This document shows positions 48,995-64,000 of a DNA stretch of 64,000 nt, piece after piece. This stretch comes from Chlorobiota bacterium (GTDB lineage: Bacteria > Bacteroidota > Ignavibacteria > Kapaibacteriales > NICIL-2): assembly GCA_026416585.1 (NCBI GenBank), contig JAOAEV010000005.1:53-64052 (forward strand), written 5' to 3'. Both the position numbers and the translations under genes were made by a program. The notes under the pieces are model-generated. The model was not told the origin of the DNA. It saw only the letters and a list, made by a program, of their open reading frames with translations, and did not search any database. Each line of letters opens with the position of its first letter. Within the stretch, counting starts at the first letter, position 1.

Positions 48995-49789
48995 ATGAGA
49001 CTGGGAACACTCGCGTCGAACGAGGGTCGGCAAATGTATCGCCGCGTGTATCAGCACTTGCGCACCGAAATGCAACGCGGTGCATGGGAAACGCTCCGAA
49101 TTCTGTGGAATATTGCTGTGCGGGGACGTTCACTTGATGGATACTGGACTGACTCTGTCGAAATCGAATATCCACTTGGGCTGTGGCGTGGTACGCGCTT
49201 GTGGCTGGAAGAAATCGTCAGCCGGTACTACTACTCAACAGTTCTTTCATTCGTGTATGGTGGTGCAGCGGTTCTTCTTGTCGTTGTTGGTCTGCGGCGC
49301 TTTTCGGCAGGTATTAGCGATACAGTTGTTCTGATGAGTATCGGTCTGGAAGCGCTACTCTTGTTAGTACTCTTTACGGTGATGTTCTTCAGCGCAGCCG
49401 ATGACGTTGATCCATCGCTCAGTGTCGCCGAAGAACTGGTTCGAGAAGTGGGTGAAATTGGGCGTGAATACGCACTCGCCAGCGAGCGTCTCGAACGCGC
49501 CACCGATGCTATCGAACGTCTTGCCGAACAATCCAGCGCGTTGGTACATGCCGCGACTGATGCTGTACGTATTGCATCAGAGGCGACATCCCCCTCGCCT
49601 GCGTTCATTCAGCATATCGCATCGGTCAACTCAGCACTCGCCGAACTTCAATCATCCATCGTGGCACTCAACACAGCAATTGCAGCCATCGAAAAAGCAC
49701 GGATCGAAGATGCTGTTCGTCGTGAGTTGACCGCTCTACTCGCCGAACGCCAACGCGATAGCTCCCGTTCCACAACCACCGACATGTAA
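48995..49789 (+). CDS. GldL/PorL-like inner-membrane motor protein (candidate)
   Basis: Two TM helices followed by a ~130-aa coiled-coil cytoplasmic tail. TM2 contains SIGLE, with a membrane-embedded Glu as in the GldL TM2 SIGLxxE. The real start is probably a TTG/ATG closer to TM1. Confidence 0.5.
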   Translation: MRLGTLASNEGRQMYRRVYQHLRTEMQRGAWETLRILWNIAVRGRSLDGYWTDSVEIEYPLGLWRGTRLWLEEIVSRYYYSTVLSFVYGGAAVLLVVVGLRRFSAGISDTVVLMSIGLEALLLLVLFTVMFFSAADDVDPSLSVAEELVREVGEIGREYALASERLERATDAIERLAEQSSALVHAATDAVRIASEATSPSPAFIQHIASVNSALAELQSSIVALNTAIAAIEKARIEDAVRRELTALLAERQRDSSRSTTTDM

Positions 49790-51270
49790 TGCGGCGACGC
49801 TCGCTCGAAGTGTACTTCATTCTCTACTTAGCAGCGTTGATGCTACTGATGACGGACTCACCAAAGCGTGAAACCGACTTGGCAAGCACAGCGCTTCGGG
49901 ATTTAGTTGCCTCAACATTTTCATTGATTGTCGAGAAACCTACGCTGCTGTGCCGAACCGTTATTGAAGGTGATACATCGTGGATTGTTCATTTTGATAG
50001 CACCAATACAATCATCCCCACTGGATTGGTCGATAGCCTCCACTATCGCATTGTTGCCGAAGACCAAAACAGTGCTCAGCGTGTCACACTTGCCGTCGGT
50101 GATACCACTCTCATAGGAAGCATCGGCTTTGTATCGGAGCAAATTGGTCAAGCATTACGCATCGGCTGGTTTTTCAGCGCTATTGAACCAGGCGCCAAAC
50201 TTTATCGCATCCGAATCGAGGCAACAGCCCGACCCCAGGTTCCACCGAACCTAAGCACTCATCAGCAAAAGCAGATTCAGTCACTCCTTGCCACCAACGA
50301 AACAGTTCTCGAGGCAGAAACATCATTCCTGGTGGGTTACTTGCCACGGCAGTCTGCACGAGTACCATCTCCCGTAATGCCCCCCGACAGTGCAGTCACT
50401 GCTCGACTCGAGGCTCTCGTTACACAACAGCGTACCAGCACTCCAGACTATGGAACGTTTGCACTCGTACCGGAACATAGCACCATCAACACGATCCCCT
50501 ATGTTTCGTGGGAAAATCGCATCGCCATTTATGGTGCACTTCCACAGCGCGATCTCGCTCGTCCTCCACAGGTCAGTGGCATCAGCTCTGCCTTCGTGAC
50601 GATCGAGGGAACGACAATCGTCATTCGTAGTGTGAGTACGCAAGCATCGAATGCCAATGTCCGCATTACCCTCACTCGCCGTGATGGTGCCGAAGCAAGC
50701 GCAACATTTGCCGTTATTGTCCACACAATTATACCACCAGCTGCGCCATCGGTCATGTATCCAGGCATCGAATACAAACTGATACCGAATTTGACGAGCC
50801 TGACTGGTCTGGAAACTCGCGCAGTTCTTCGTGACGACCGTAATACGATTCGCGCATCCAGCAGCGGACAACCGCTAACGTTCACACCCACTCTCAGCGA
50901 CACAGGACGAACATTCTTTTTCGAGCGATATGCTGGCTCGGAGCGCATCGGTCAAGTTCTTCTCATTCCATGCGAAATGTTCCCTCCTCCAGAAATCACC
51001 AGTATTCGTCGAGAAAGTGAGCGGCAATATCTGATTGTCTGCCGTGCATATGGGTTGGAGTCCGATCAACGTACACGCGCGCGACTCGAACTCGATCCAC
51101 CCGGTAGCGGTACTGTGCAAGAACTTTACGGCGACTATTCCTACGATGAACGGGCGCACGTTCGCATCCAGCAGTTTCGTGTTACGATCATTGGCTCACC
51201 AGGGCTTCGGCTATATGCCATCAATGGATATCAACAACGCTCCCTACCGAGCAATCTATCGCTGCGTTAG
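49789..51270 (+). CDS. GldM/PorM-like bitopic periplasmic protein (candidate)
   Basis: N-terminal RRR followed by a single TM helix (VYFILYLAALMLL), then ~460-aa beta-rich periplasmic region. 1-bp start/stop overlap (junction ATGTAATG) with the GldL-like gene. Confidence 0.45.
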   Translation: MRRRSLEVYFILYLAALMLLMTDSPKRETDLASTALRDLVASTFSLIVEKPTLLCRTVIEGDTSWIVHFDSTNTIIPTGLVDSLHYRIVAEDQNSAQRVTLAVGDTTLIGSIGFVSEQIGQALRIGWFFSAIEPGAKLYRIRIEATARPQVPPNLSTHQQKQIQSLLATNETVLEAETSFLVGYLPRQSARVPSPVMPPDSAVTARLEALVTQQRTSTPDYGTFALVPEHSTINTIPYVSWENRIAIYGALPQRDLARPPQVSGISSAFVTIEGTTIVIRSVSTQASNANVRITLTRRDGAEASATFAVIVHTIIPPAAPSVMYPGIEYKLIPNLTSLTGLETRAVLRDDRNTIRASSSGQPLTFTPTLSDTGRTFFFERYAGSERIGQVLLIPCEMFPPPEITSIRRESERQYLIVCRAYGLESDQRTRARLELDPPGSGTVQELYGDYSYDERAHVRIQQFRVTIIGSPGLRLYAINGYQQRSLPSNLSLR

Positions 51271-52299
51271 GCTCAACCACCTCCCCTGCTGGCGGAGTAC
51301 TGCATGGTAACGACGTACATTCTCAACGTGCTCACGGTATGTTCGGGCGAAACGGTGCGTACCCGTACTATCACCAGAGCCACAGAAGTAGAGATAGTCG
51401 TGTTGCTCAGGATCGAGTACCGCTTCGATTGCGCGAACACTCGCTGCTTTGATCGGTCCTGGTGGAAGACCAACGATGAGATATGTGTTGTAGGGATGCT
51501 CGATGCGGTAATCACGGTATGTTAATCGTCGCGGTGGAAATCCCAATGCATACTGTACAGTAGGGTCTGCTTGAAGTTTCATGCCTCGTTTCAAGCGATT
51601 CCAATACACTCCAGCGATGCGTCGATACTCGCTCGGATTGACCACTTCTCCTTCGACGATGCTCGCCAGTGTCAGTACATCATTACGTGATAATCCCCGC
51701 GCAGCTGCGATTGTAGCAAACCGTGAATTCCACACGTTGTCAAAATTTCGTACAATCCGCCGCAGTGCATGCTCGACTGGTTCACACTCAAAAAAATAGT
51801 AGGTTGCTGGGAGCAAGAATCCTTCCAGCGATCGAGCCTGAGCAATGTTGAACCGACGTGCCAGACTGTCCTCAATAAGAAGACGCAGAACCCGAACAGA
51901 ATCATCATCAAGCGTCCGCGCAATTGCTCCAGCCAAGTGGAAAATTGTTTCGCCTTCATAGATTGTCAAGCGTCGGACCTGTCGGTTCCAACCTCGTAGA
52001 ATGTTGGCGAAAAGCTCAAGATGGCTCGTCGTGGGAGTCAGTTCGTATGAACCCATCTTCGGACCGATACCAAATAGATGAGCTTCGGCGCGTGCCAGTA
52101 ACCGCCAAAACCATGGGGTCCTAATCGCCGAACGTTTCTCAAGCGTGTCGAGAACATCGCGCATTGCTGTACCCTCAGCAACAAAGAGAACCTCGCGCTT
52201 TTCGACCGTTAGTGGTGACTGAAGTAATAGCCCCAATGCTGCTGCTGTAGTAATCACAGCAATACCAAGCGCACGAGGAACAAACTTGGATGCGCTCAT
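51256..52299 (-). CDS. mltG: Endolytic murein transglycosylase MltG (YceG family)
   Basis: 347 aa: N-terminal TM, YceG core (ASIVEGE ... LQADPTVQYALG). Confidence 0.8.
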   Translation of the reverse strand: MSASKFVPRALGIAVITTAAALGLLLQSPLTVEKREVLFVAEGTAMRDVLDTLEKRSAIRTPWFWRLLARAEAHLFGIGPKMGSYELTPTTSHLELFANILRGWNRQVRRLTIYEGETIFHLAGAIARTLDDDSVRVLRLLIEDSLARRFNIAQARSLEGFLLPATYYFFECEPVEHALRRIVRNFDNVWNSRFATIAAARGLSRNDVLTLASIVEGEVVNPSEYRRIAGVYWNRLKRGMKLQADPTVQYALGFPPRRLTYRDYRIEHPYNTYLIVGLPPGPIKAASVRAIEAVLDPEQHDYLYFCGSGDSTGTHRFARTYREHVENVRRYHAVLRQQGRWLSLTQR

Positions 52300-52469
52300 C
52301 GTTTTGCGGAGAAATGTTGCTTAGTTATGCTGCAAGCAGTACTTCGCCGTAGTTTTGCAGAAGCCTGCCTGATGCTATATTTTGAGCACAGCATGCTGTT
52401 GCCTCGCCAAAGGCACTCTACCACGATTAAAATCTGATTTCGCAGCTCAACCACTGTCTGCTCAGTCGT

Positions 52470-53768
52470 ATGGATGTACTCAAAACAAAACTTGCAGAAG
52501 TTTTACCACTTTTTCGCAGCAAGCGTGCACGCTTGCTCGAACAGTATGGAGATACAATCGTCGCAAATGTAACAGTCGAACAGATCATCGGTGGTATGCG
52601 CAGCGTACCGTCGGTGTTGTGTGATACATCATCGGTCTCACCCTCGGAGGGCTTGCGTATTCGCGGCATCCCCATTCTCCAGCTCACGGAAGCAACGCCG
52701 GAAGAAATTTTCTTCCTCCTGGCAACTGGGGAGCGCCCAACCGATGAGGAGCGGCATGCACTGTCTCGCTTGTTGACGTCTAACCCCAACGTTCCACAGC
52801 ACGTCTTGACATTGCTCGAAGCAATGTGCCCGACCGCACATCCGATGGCAATGCTTTCGGCTGCATTACTTGCAATGGAGCACCAGTCAGCATTCCGTCG
52901 GGCATACGAAGACGGTATTGCCAAAGATCGCCTGTGGGAATACGCGCTCGACGACTGCATTACCTTGCTGTCAGGCATCACTGGTATTGCTGCAGCAATC
53001 TACCGTCTCAAATTCCGAGATGGATTGCTTATCGAACCAGATCCCTCACTCGATTGGAGCACGAATTTTGCCCGTATGCTTGGTATCAGCAGCGATTCAC
53101 GTTGGGCAGATCTCGTGCGGCTTTACTTAGTGCTCCATGCTGACCACGAAGGGGGTAATGTAAGCGCCTTTACTGGAATTACCGTCGCATCAGCACTATC
53201 GGATCCGTTCTATGCGATCAGCGCCGCTCTCAACGGATTAGCGGGGCCACTTCATGGTCTGGCAAATCAAGAATGCTTAGCGTTTATCCTCGACGTCCGT
53301 CAGCGATTTGGCGGTGTACCATCGAACGAGCAACTGCGCCAGCTCTGCTGGGATCGTCTGCACAGCGGACAAGTTATCCCTGGTTATGGTCACGCCGTTC
53401 TTCGAGTGACCGATCCGCGCTTTACTGCCTTCTACAATTTTGCAGAAAAGTACGGGCTCGACGACGAGTGTATCACGATTGCCAAGCGGCTCTATCAGGT
53501 TGTCCCCGAGGTGCTTCGTGAGCATGGGAAAGCCAAGAACCCCTTCCCCAATGTTGATGCAATCAGCGGCTCGCTCTTATACGATTTCGGTATGACCGAG
53601 TTTACGTTCTACACTGTGATGTTCGGTGTTTCGCGTGCGATCGGTATTTGCGCACAAATCCTATTCCACCGCATGGTTGGCTCGCCGATCGTGCGTCCAA
53701 AATCGGTGACACTCGACGAACTCGAGCAAATGGCACACCGCGTCACTGCAGTTCAATCGACACAGTAA
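52470..53768 (+). CDS. gltA: Citrate synthase
   Basis: 432 aa: GYGHAVLRVTDPR and HADHEGGNVSAF signature motifs. Confidence 0.9.
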   Translation: MDVLKTKLAEVLPLFRSKRARLLEQYGDTIVANVTVEQIIGGMRSVPSVLCDTSSVSPSEGLRIRGIPILQLTEATPEEIFFLLATGERPTDEERHALSRLLTSNPNVPQHVLTLLEAMCPTAHPMAMLSAALLAMEHQSAFRRAYEDGIAKDRLWEYALDDCITLLSGITGIAAAIYRLKFRDGLLIEPDPSLDWSTNFARMLGISSDSRWADLVRLYLVLHADHEGGNVSAFTGITVASALSDPFYAISAALNGLAGPLHGLANQECLAFILDVRQRFGGVPSNEQLRQLCWDRLHSGQVIPGYGHAVLRVTDPRFTAFYNFAEKYGLDDECITIAKRLYQVVPEVLREHGKAKNPFPNVDAISGSLLYDFGMTEFTFYTVMFGVSRAIGICAQILFHRMVGSPIVRPKSVTLDELEQMAHRVTAVQSTQ

Positions 53769-53803
53769 CTGCACACCTTCTCGATAAGGTATGTCGAAAA
53801 GCA

Positions 53804-53833
53804 AAAGCCCCGCTTGGAACCAAGCGGGGCTTT
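53804..53833. terminator. Bidirectional rho-independent terminator (gltA on plus strand / tRNA-Val on minus strand)
   Basis: AAAGCCCCGCTTGG-AA-CCAAGCGGGGCTTT perfect 14-bp stem. A TTTTGCTTTT tract follows on the minus strand; a weaker TTTGTGTG follows on the plus strand. Confidence 0.7.
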
Positions 53834-53836
53834 GTG

Positions 53837-53910
53837 TGCGGTCTAGTGGACTCGAACCACTGGCCTTCACGATGTCAACGTGACGCTCTAACCAACTGAG
53901 CTAAGACCGC
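53837..53910 (-). tRNA. tRNA-Val (anticodon GAC)
   Basis: Minus-strand GCGGTCTTAGCTCAGTTGGTTAGAGCGTCACGTTGACATCGTGAAGGCCAGTGGTTCGAGTCCACTAGACCGCA. Cloverleaf with GTTCGAGTC T-loop and anticodon loop TTGACAT. Coordinates are accurate to about 2 nt. Confidence 0.85.
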
Positions 53911-54083
53911 ATCATTACAGCAGCGCAAAAATACGAGGCAACGATACACCACTGCAAGTCTTCCCCGTTGGACTCGTTGTATATTGCGTTTTGCGCGAGC
54001 GTCTCGCCTGTCTCGGCTGTGGCATTTGTTATGGGTCGTGCTCGTGTTTTGTAAATGATGTCGAACCAATTATTCACCGCTGT

Positions 54084-59294
<5,211 letters not shown>

Positions 59295-59322
59295 TGCAAC
59301 TTACAAAACGCGGTGCTGAGCG

Positions 59323-61707
59323 TTACCGCAGCTGAACATATGTTGTGCCCCAGTCGGTCTGACCGCTTTCGCCGAGTCGAAATGATGCCACCAGCGGATG
59401 GTCGCTCAAGTAGCGGTGAATTGCCTCGCGCAATTGCCCGGTACCACTACCATGAATGATCGTCACTTGCATAACACCACCGAGTACCGCATCATTGAGC
59501 ACTTGTTCGATGTTGCCAAGCGCATCTTGTACGCGCAAACCGCGAACATCGAGTGTCGTTGGTGCATCGAGCCGTACCGGACGGCGGTTGCTATTGCTGA
59601 CTATGCTTGTCTTATCCGATGGTTCGACACGGCGGAGTTTTTCTACTGGGACTTTGAGTCGCACTGCACCGACTTCGAGCACAGCGTGTTTTGGTGTCAG
59701 CTCAACGATTGTGCCACGTTGGTGTGTCTCAAGCACCTCTGCTGTTACCCCAATCGCAAGTTGAACCGCATCACTCGGGGATGACTTGGTTGGCACGGAC
59801 AACGCCGAAAGCTGCTCGTCGAGTTGACCAAGTTTCTTGCGAGCCTCGTCCAACGATTGCTGGACAGCTTGCTCGCGAATCTGACGCAGCTGTTCCTTTG
59901 TCTGCACCACCAGTTGTTGTGCTTCGCTGCGGGCAGCATCCATCAGCGCCAAATACTTGGCTTTGAATTGCTCGAATTTTTCTTCGTAACGTTTTCGCAG
60001 GTTCTCCGCCTCCAATCGCAGGCGTGCAGCATCCGCGGCTTTCTGTTCCATATCTGCGCGTAATCGCTCGAGTTGCTGAATGCTTGTCTCAATCCGCTCA
60101 TGTTCGGAACCGACATAGCAACGAGACCTCTGGATAACTTCATCTGGCAATTGCAGAGCACGCGCAAGTTCCAGTGCGTAGGAATTCCCCGGCACACCAG
60201 GCAAAAAGCGATACGTGGGCACAAGATTTTCTGTGTCGAACTCCATTGAGGCATTGAGCAAGCCGTCGCGACTGAGTGCATAGGTCTTGAGTGTGAATTG
60301 GTGTGTTGTCGCGACGATATAACCACCGCGATCAAGAAGTGCATCAATGATCCCTGCTGCCAGCGCGCTGCCTTCGGTCGGATCGGTGCCAGCACAGATT
60401 TCATCAACAATTGCCAACGTCGCCCCGTCGCAGATGCTCAGAATATCACGCAAGCGGACCAGTTGCGAAGAAAACGTCGAGAGATTGCTCTCAATACTCT
60501 GATGATCGCCAATAGCTGCCAGGACCATCACTGGTGAAATTGTCATTTCACCAATTGGATAGATACCCGCCAATGCCATGATGGTTGCCACGCCAATCGT
60601 TTTGATGGCAATTGATTTACCACCGGCGTTCGGCCCACTGACCAAATACCCCCGACGCTGGCGGTCGAAGGTAACACTGAGCGGCACAACACTATCGTAG
60701 CCCTTGGCAACCACAAGCAACGGATGACGCACATTCCGCAACTCGATCGTCCCATCGCTGGCGATACGGGGAAGATGGCAACGATACTGTTGAGCGAACA
60801 GCGCGCGCGCGCGGAGTGAATCGAGCTCAGTCAATGCGGCATCGGCAGCAGCAATCTTTTCGGCATGTGCGCCAACTTCAGCCGTCAGCGTTCGGAGAAT
60901 AGCGATTACCTCCCGTTCCTCGGCACTACGGAGTTCCGCCAATTCGTTGTTAAGCTCGAAGACCTCGCTGGGTTCGAAAAACACTGTTGCGCCGCTTTGT
61001 GAAATTCCGTGAATAATACCCGGAAGTGAGCGTTTGTATTCAACTTTGAGTGGGACAACCAATCGCCCGTCACGCTGTGTATAGAACTCATCCTGGAGCA
61101 ATTCCTCATCGCCAAGACGCTGGATAATACGATGCAGCTTCGACCGTAGCCGTGCACTGACATCAGCGATTGCAGTGCGAATTCGTTGCAATTGTGGTGA
61201 TGCATCGTCACGTACAGCGCCGGTCGGGTCAATCGCATCACGAATGTGCCGCTCGAGCAATCGCACGTCCACAAGTGATTCTGCAACTGCAGCAAGACGA
61301 GGAAATTCGTGATTCCGCTGGCTGAGGAAATGTCGCACTCGACGACTCACCCCGAGCAGCTCGACGACAGCGAGCAATTCGCTCGCGCTCAGGTATGCAC
61401 CGGCGATCGTCGAACGGTGCAATAGCCGTCGTGGATCGTCAGTGCGCTCAAGCGGTAGATCATCACCGCGACCGTGCAGCAAGAGAATCTCCGCAATTGC
61501 AGCATGTACCGATTCGAGAGTCTCTGCATCGAGCATCGGACGGAGCGACCGCACATGTTCAGCCGCACGTTCTGTCAGGGTAAGTGGCGCAACCAGCTCA
61601 AGCACTTTTGCAAATTCCAGTTCTTCCAACGAGGCGTCAGAGAGCTTCTTGCGAAGCGATGATTGCTGTGAAACGTCGGTCATGGTCTGCGAGGCAGTGT
61701 CGTTCAT
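59323..61707 (-). CDS. mutS2: Endonuclease MutS2 (MutS domain plus C-terminal Smr)
   Basis: 794 aa. Walker A GPNAGGKS. Long coiled-coil. C-terminal Smr domain (LDVRGLRVQDA...IIHGSGTG). Confidence 0.9.
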   Translation of the reverse strand: MNDTASQTMTDVSQQSSLRKKLSDASLEELEFAKVLELVAPLTLTERAAEHVRSLRPMLDAETLESVHAAIAEILLLHGRGDDLPLERTDDPRRLLHRSTIAGAYLSASELLAVVELLGVSRRVRHFLSQRNHEFPRLAAVAESLVDVRLLERHIRDAIDPTGAVRDDASPQLQRIRTAIADVSARLRSKLHRIIQRLGDEELLQDEFYTQRDGRLVVPLKVEYKRSLPGIIHGISQSGATVFFEPSEVFELNNELAELRSAEEREVIAILRTLTAEVGAHAEKIAAADAALTELDSLRARALFAQQYRCHLPRIASDGTIELRNVRHPLLVVAKGYDSVVPLSVTFDRQRRGYLVSGPNAGGKSIAIKTIGVATIMALAGIYPIGEMTISPVMVLAAIGDHQSIESNLSTFSSQLVRLRDILSICDGATLAIVDEICAGTDPTEGSALAAGIIDALLDRGGYIVATTHQFTLKTYALSRDGLLNASMEFDTENLVPTYRFLPGVPGNSYALELARALQLPDEVIQRSRCYVGSEHERIETSIQQLERLRADMEQKAADAARLRLEAENLRKRYEEKFEQFKAKYLALMDAARSEAQQLVVQTKEQLRQIREQAVQQSLDEARKKLGQLDEQLSALSVPTKSSPSDAVQLAIGVTAEVLETHQRGTIVELTPKHAVLEVGAVRLKVPVEKLRRVEPSDKTSIVSNSNRRPVRLDAPTTLDVRGLRVQDALGNIEQVLNDAVLGGVMQVTIIHGSGTGQLREAIHRYLSDHPLVASFRLGESGQTDWGTTYVQLR

Positions 61708-61793
61708 GTTGCAATATCGTACAGTACAATTGAAAGCCGAAACGCTTTAGCTATCCTCATATTTTTGCGCACCACGACGTGCATCACGATCGC

Positions 61794-64000
61794 ATGCAGA
61801 AACGCACCGATCCATTTGAGCAGGTCGCACAGCGTATTCGCACGACCGAATGGTATCGCATACTTGAATCCCGCATCGCAACCGATAAAGAGATTTCGCT
61901 CAAAACACTTCATGGGTCTCTGGGCAGTTTTCTTCTGGCTGCCCTATATCCGTCGCTTGAGCGACAGTTGGTTGTTGTTACCGCGAACGACGATATCGAG
62001 CGCTGGGTACATGATTTTCAGCAGTTTGGCATCAAATCTTCCCCATGCATTCCAACACGTCGCCGACGTACTGATCCAGAACACAGCCACTTGACGCAGG
62101 TTCTCGATGCACTGTCGTCGTATTGGCAAGATCGCAGGTCGGTTTTGGTCGTTGCCCCCCAAACGTGGCAACTGGGGTTGCCGTCTCCAGCGTGGTTTGA
62201 GGCAAACGCACTGACGCTTGAATGCAGTAAACAACTGCCGTTCGAGGAATTCAGTCAGTACCTTGTGCTCGGTGGTTACCATCGCACGGACTATGTCGCT
62301 GAGCCAGGAGAGGTCTCTATCCGTGGCGGCATTGTGGATTTCTTTCCCCTCGGGTGGAGCGTGCCGCTGCGCGTTGAATTTTTCGGCGATACGATCGAGT
62401 CTATTCGCCAGTTCGATCCAGCATCTCAGCGCAGCGTGCGGCAGCTCGATCGCGCATTCGTGCTAACAGCATTTCCACGTGAAAGTGCAGACTTCGATGC
62501 AGCAATTACTGACTACATCGATAGTGATGCGATTGTCGTCGCCGAGCACCCCGAGGATATTTCGCGCTGCTTCGCAGAGCTTGGTATCTCACCAGACCTG
62601 GAGCGATGGAAACGCATCACTATTAATCCAATCGGCAAAGCCGATATTGTCGTGCAATCGTCTCCTCAGCCAACATGCCGATCAGCAATCAGTGTGCTCT
62701 ATGACTCGCTCCTCGAATTAGAGCAAGCAGGCGCTCTTGTGCTTGTCTGTGCAGATAGCACCATTCACACCGACCGACTCCGCACACTCCTCCGAACACT
62801 CGCAGAGCAACATCCGGACAAGGAACAGGTTTCTCTCGATCGGATTGTCTGGTGCCCCCGAACACCAGATGCTGGCTTTCTCTTGTTGCGCGATGGAATA
62901 GCGGTCATCACCGAACACGAAGTGTTCGAACGTCGTCGTGCTGTCAGTACGCAGCAGAGTCGTTCCAAGCTCACACTGCGCCAATTACAGCAGCTCCGTC
63001 GTGGGGATTATTTGGTACACATTGATAAGGGCATTTGCCAATTCGATGGGTTAGAGACAATCGAAATCGGCGGTCACAAGCAAGAGTGTGTTCGTTTGCT
63101 CTTTGCCGATGGGGATGTGGTATATCTGCACCTGAACTACATCAACAAACTTGAGCGCTATTCAGCAGCGGATGGACAGCCGCCAGCTCTCAGTAAACTC
63201 GGCACCCGTGAATGGGAGCGCAAAAAAGCACGCGTCAAAAGCAAACTCAAGGATATCGCACGCGATTTGATTGCGCTCTATGCTCAGCGCAAAGCATCGC
63301 CAGGATTTGCATTTCCGCTTGACACCGTCTGGCAAACCGAAATGGAAGCATCGTTTATGTACGAGGACACGCCAGACCAAGCACGCGCCACCCAAGAGGT
63401 CAAACGCGATATGGAAGCACCGACACCCATGGATCGGCTTGTCTGTGGCGATGTCGGCTTTGGCAAAACGGAAATTGCCATCCGGGCAGCATTCAAGGCA
63501 GTGCAAGCTGGGAAACAGGTTGCGGTCCTTGTACCGACAACGATCCTGGCCCGACAACACCACCAGACATTCAGCGAGCGGTTACATCGCTACCCTGTGC
63601 GCATCGACATGCTCTCGCGCTTGCGCAGCACAAGCGAACAAAACACAATCCTGCGAGATCTTGCCGACGGTAAAGTGGACATTATCATCGGGACACATCG
63701 TTTGCTTTCGAATGATGTTCGATTCCGGGATTTGGGTTTGCTGATCATCGACGAAGAACAACGTTTCGGTGTGGCTGCAAAGGAGAAGCTCCGTCAATTA
63801 CGCGTTACCGTGGACACACTCACACTAACAGCAACGCCGATTCCGCGCACTTTGAACTTCTCGCTGATGGGCGCACGTGACTTGAGCATCATCGAAACAC
63901 CTCCGCGAAATCGTCTCCCCGTCGAAACCGAAGTTATTGAATGGGATGACGATGTGTTGCGCAGCGCCATCACACGCGAACTCGAATGTGGCGGACAAAT
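61794..64000 (+). CDS. mfd: Transcription-repair coupling factor Mfd (5' partial; continues past the window end)
   Basis: I translated this frame myself; it is not in the ORF track because it has no stop in the window. UvrB-homology N-terminus, RID region, then DEAD-box helicase motifs [26 protein letters not shown]. Confidence 0.85.
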   Translation, partial: MQKRTDPFEQVAQRIRTTEWYRILESRIATDKEISLKTLHGSLGSFLLAALYPSLERQLVVVTANDDIERWVHDFQQFGIKSSPCIPTRRRRTDPEHSHLTQVLDALSSYWQDRRSVLVVAPQTWQLGLPSPAWFEANALTLECSKQLPFEEFSQYLVLGGYHRTDYVAEPGEVSIRGGIVDFFPLGWSVPLRVEFFGDTIESIRQFDPASQRSVRQLDRAFVLTAFPRESADFDAAITDYIDSDAIVVAEHPEDISRCFAELGISPDLERWKRITINPIGKADIVVQSSPQPTCRSAISVLYDSLLELEQAGALVLVCADSTIHTDRLRTLLRTLAEQHPDKEQVSLDRIVWCPRTPDAGFLLLRDGIAVITEHEVFERRRAVSTQQSRSKLTLRQLQQLRRGDYLVHIDKGICQFDGLETIEIGGHKQECVRLLFADGDVVYLHLNYINKLERYSAADGQPPALSKLGTREWERKKARVKSKLKDIARDLIALYAQRKASPGFAFPLDTVWQTEMEASFMYEDTPDQARATQEVKRDMEAPTPMDRLVCGDVGFGKTEIAIRAAFKAVQAGKQVAVLVPTTILARQHHQTFSERLHRYPVRIDMLSRLRSTSEQNTILRDLADGKVDIIIGTHRLLSNDVRFRDLGLLIIDEEQRFGVAAKEKLRQLRVTVDTLTLTATPIPRTLNFSLMGARDLSIIETPPRNRLPVETEVIEWDDDVLRSAITRELECGGQ

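Noticed and set aside
52299-52470. 170-bp divergent intergenic region between mltG and gltA, with the partial palindrome TGCTGCAAGCAGTA, as a regulatory site.
   Set aside because: The palindrome is imperfect and short. It cannot be separated from chance without comparative data.
61765-62721. Three short plus-strand ORFs (61765-62094, 62218-62466, 62479-62721) listed in the track at the right end.
   Set aside because: I translated frame 3 from 61794 myself; it is an uninterrupted Mfd (TRCF) reading frame with helicase motifs running to the window edge. The short ORFs are out-of-frame artefacts.

Overview
This is a gene-dense, ~55% GC chromosomal window, most consistent with a bacterium of the FCB group (Bacteroidota/Rhodothermota/Chlorobiota-like). 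The organism assignment rests on TonB-dependent receptors with CarbopepD-like N-domains, a GldL/GldM-like pair, a PorP/SprF-like outer-membrane protein and Bacteroidota-style envelope genes. Most of the window is core chromosome: era, parA/parB, pepN, accC, lolC/E, ispH, cmk, cinA, rpsA, lptF/G, mltG, gltA, an H+-pyrophosphatase, obg, mutS2 and the 5' part of mfd, which runs off the right edge. I call two tRNA genes on the minus strand, tRNA-Pro(TGG) and tRNA-Val(GAC). Each is followed by a perfect hairpin that can act as a bidirectional rho-independent terminator. I found no CRISPR array, transposase, integrase or prophage signal. Many adjacent genes overlap by 4 bp (ATGA type), which suggests tightly coupled operons. 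The ORF track translates GTG/TTG starts as M, and several track ORFs carry N-terminal extensions; I moved those to internal starts (parA, accC, M42 peptidase, hppA, ferritin, thioesterase, pepN). The regions I consider worth a second look are listed here.
- An isolated GldL/GldM-like motor pair with no gldK/gldN neighbours.
- A MerR-coupled module of a secreted WD40 propeller followed by tandem CarbopepD/OmpA proteins.
- A HAD-phosphatase::cytidylate kinase fusion sitting beside pnuC and cinA/pncC.
- A TonB-dependent receptor flanked by a small CxxC membrane protein and a His-rich lipoprotein.
- A 676-aa protein with a long acidic, apparently disordered centre between obg and mutS2.
- An unusual operon that mixes a PST-family transporter, an Ig-like lipoprotein, a 2-hydroxyacid dehydrogenase, an RmlC-like epimerase and a secreted non-specific nuclease.
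All functional calls come from reading the translated ORFs, motif recall and gene context, not from database searches.
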